From assembly GCA_000004985.1 (NCBI GenBank), contig GG739476.1: a DNA stretch of 1,251 nt. The stretch is one strand, 5' to 3'. Under the pieces are notes generated by a model, which made no database searches, was not told the DNA's origin, and saw nothing but the letters and a program-made list of their open reading frames with translations. The position numbers were made by a program, and so were the translations under genes. The stretch comes from Naegleria gruberi (taxonomy: Eukaryota). This document shows positions 1 to 1,251 of this stretch, in pieces (position 1 is the stretch's first letter; every line of letters starts with the position of its first letter).

Positions 1-425
1 TTGCTGATGTTGATAGTGCCGATAGTGGTTATTTGACAAGTTATCCTAATAGTGTTCCAGTTGGTTCTTCTTGATTGCAAATGTTGTAACACCTACACAC
101 CAACCTCAAGAATTAATATAGTTCAAGCTATCTGATAGATTGGAGAATTACTACCTCTTTCACTGTTCAAATTACTAATACTCCTTCTCTTTGATTTGAA
201 TGTCCTGCTTTGGCAACAGCTGATTCTGATCCAATCTTTTTAAAGTCTATTGTTAATTAACTGCATCAAGAACAGTTCAAGAAAAGATATTGCAGAATTT
301 CTAGGTTCAGAAGTGTTACAATAATCACTAATAAGATTTCATAGCAAACCAAGAACCACATCTTATAGAAGAGAACTGATACATTTACAGTACCTTTCAT
401 TAACAGTTTCAATTATCAATGAAAT

Positions 426-1251
426 TTATTTTTTTCTCTTTTTGTTTGGTAAGTTGTTTTGTAAATTTTTGTGAAATTGTTTAATCTCTTTCCTGCCAGT
501 TTTTGTACGTTCTATTCTTAAATCTTTATCTTTTTGTTGAAATGGTAAAGCCAACAATTTATCATCCATATTTTTCTGATATTCTTCTTTTTTAACTTTT
601 TTATAATTAGCTTTTCTTACAGAAAAATGATCCAATCCTGCAAAAAATACTAAACCACATCTAACTCCACTAGTAACTTTCGTTACTTTGTGATGATATA
701 TACGTGAATTCAAAAAAACCAAATCTCCTGATTGGATAGGCAGTGTGAACATTCTAAAGTCAATATTTGTGTAGTGATACGAAACAATTAGGTTTCCTCC
801 TTCAAATGTTTTTCCAAAAAACATTAAAACATCCATTCCATTATTATTTGGATCAATGTGTTTCCTGTATGGTTTTACTTTGCCATTATAATTTTCTTTA
901 CATAATAAGTTTAATGCTAAACTAGGATACTTGGCATATGTTTTAAAATTCTTGATTTTCTCTTCAATAGTATCTAACTTATTATACATACTACGATTTA
1001 AATGCCATAATTTATCTAAAACAAATGATTCACAACAATTAGTTAAATTATCTAATAGAGTATTATTTTCATCAGAAATACCAGCAACTATTTCAATTGA
1101 ATTTCCATATCTATTCCATGTTCCTCCAATAATTGCTTGTTTTTGATCTTTAGGTTCAATATTACTTAATTCTACTATTTCAGTCATTTCATCACAAATA
1201 TTATTAGGAATACTATTTGGAAAATATGCAGCGTCCATTGATCCATCAGGA
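426..1251 (-). CDS. Tet/JBP-family Fe(II)/2-oxoglutarate-dependent 5-methylcytosine dioxygenase, NgTet1-like (Naegleria-type). The CDS is 5'-partial: the frame is open through the window edge at 1251, and the stop TAA sits at 426-428 (rc).
   Basis: The reading frame runs uninterrupted for 271 codons plus 4 more open codons upstream (rc of 1239-1250 reads P-D-G-S). From memory, the product aligns along its whole length to NgTet1. The N-terminal segment AAYFPNSIPNNICDEMTE matches LAYLPNVLPKELVEEFTE. RKHIDPNNNGMDVLMFFG matches RKPHKDNLDITPSSLFYFG, giving the Fe-binding HxD at H127/D129 (coordinates 858-860 and 852-854). SGDLVFLNSRIYHHKVTKVTSGVRCGLVFFA matches PGDVLFFKGNEYKHVVANITSGWRIGLVYFA, giving the distal Fe-binding His at H183 (690-692), the 2OG-binding Arg at R193 (660-662), and the base-stacking aromatic F199 (NgTet1 F295, TET2 Y1902). 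Codons were checked directly on the DNA: gtg/aat/atc at 852-860 encode H-I-D on the minus strand; atg-gtg at 690-695 encode HH; tct at 660-662 encodes R. The 3' end ...NKKRKK* was verified at 426-449. Confidence 0.86.
   Translation of the reverse strand, partial: PDGSMDAAYFPNSIPNNICDEMTEIVELSNIEPKDQKQAIIGGTWNRYGNSIEIVAGISDENNTLLDNLTNCCESFVLDKLWHLNRSMYNKLDTIEEKIKNFKTYAKYPSLALNLLCKENYNGKVKPYRKHIDPNNNGMDVLMFFGKTFEGGNLIVSYHYTNIDFRMFTLPIQSGDLVFLNSRIYHHKVTKVTSGVRCGLVFFAGLDHFSVRKANYKKVKKEEYQKNMDDKLLALPFQQKDKDLRIERTKTGRKEIKQFHKNLQNNLPNKKRKK

Noticed and set aside
253-262. A perfect 10-bp palindrome gttaattaac (contains a PacI site)
   Set aside because: Short AT-only palindromes are expected by chance in roughly 30% GC DNA. 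There is no flanking inverted-repeat extension or partner sequence that would suggest a transposon terminus or a regulatory hairpin.
1-425. Possibility of a tRNA, small RNA, repeat or CRISPR-like structure in the flank
   Set aside because: Reading both strands, I found no cloverleaf-compatible segments with GTTC/TΨC-like boxes. There are no direct repeats longer than about 7 bp and no tandem arrays. The region looks like ordinary AT-rich 3'UTR or intergenic DNA.
705-716. An A7 homopolymer (T7 on the coding strand) inside the CDS
   Set aside because: It simply encodes V-F-L (gtt ttt ttg) in an AT-biased genome and the frame is intact across it. There is no evidence of programmed frameshifting or a pseudogene lesion.
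931-1146. A 71-aa ORF on the plus strand (MAYVLKFLIFSSIVSNLLYIL...)
   Set aside because: It lies entirely antisense within the well-supported Tet-like CDS. It has a hydrophobic low-complexity composition typical of AT-rich antisense frames, no recognisable motifs and no independent start context. It is a spurious shadow ORF.
426-1251. A phage or bacterial Tet/JBP (5hmC-hypermodification) system rather than a eukaryotic gene
   Set aside because: The protein aligns specifically and collinearly with the Naegleria NgTet1 architecture, carries an NLS-like poly-basic tail, has no Shine-Dalgarno-type context, and no glycosyltransferase or other partner gene is present in the 425-bp flank. A eukaryotic origin is the more economical reading, although a database search is still needed to confirm it.

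Overview
This is an AT-rich window (about 30% GC, estimated by eye) that looks eukaryotic and contains one real gene. A minus-strand CDS at 426..1251 carries its stop codon TAA at 426-428 (rc) and is still open at the right-hand window edge, so it is 5'-partial. Its product is a close homologue of the Naegleria Tet/JBP-family 5-methylcytosine dioxygenase NgTet1. The Fe(II)-binding HxD...H triad and the 2-oxoglutarate-binding Arg are intact, and several DNA- and base-contacting positions are conserved. The Met at 1236-1238 that the ORF track uses as the start is almost certainly internal, because the upstream reading ...P-D-G-S-M-D-A-A-Y-F-P matches NgTet1 ...D-H-D-G-S-V-E-L-A-Y-L-P. The protein also has a roughly 75-residue Lys/Arg-rich C-terminal tail ending in KKRKK that NgTet1 lacks, which may be an NLS or an unspecific DNA-binding tail. 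Bases 1-425 are the 3' flank, with no convincing ORF, RNA gene, repeat or canonical poly(A) signal. The plus-strand ORF at 931..1146 is an antisense artefact. I see no evidence here for a new multi-gene system. The interesting content is a single epigenetic-enzyme paralogue with some unusual substitutions and a tail extension. All homology statements rest on my recollection of the NgTet1 and TET2 sequences and structures and need confirmation by database search.
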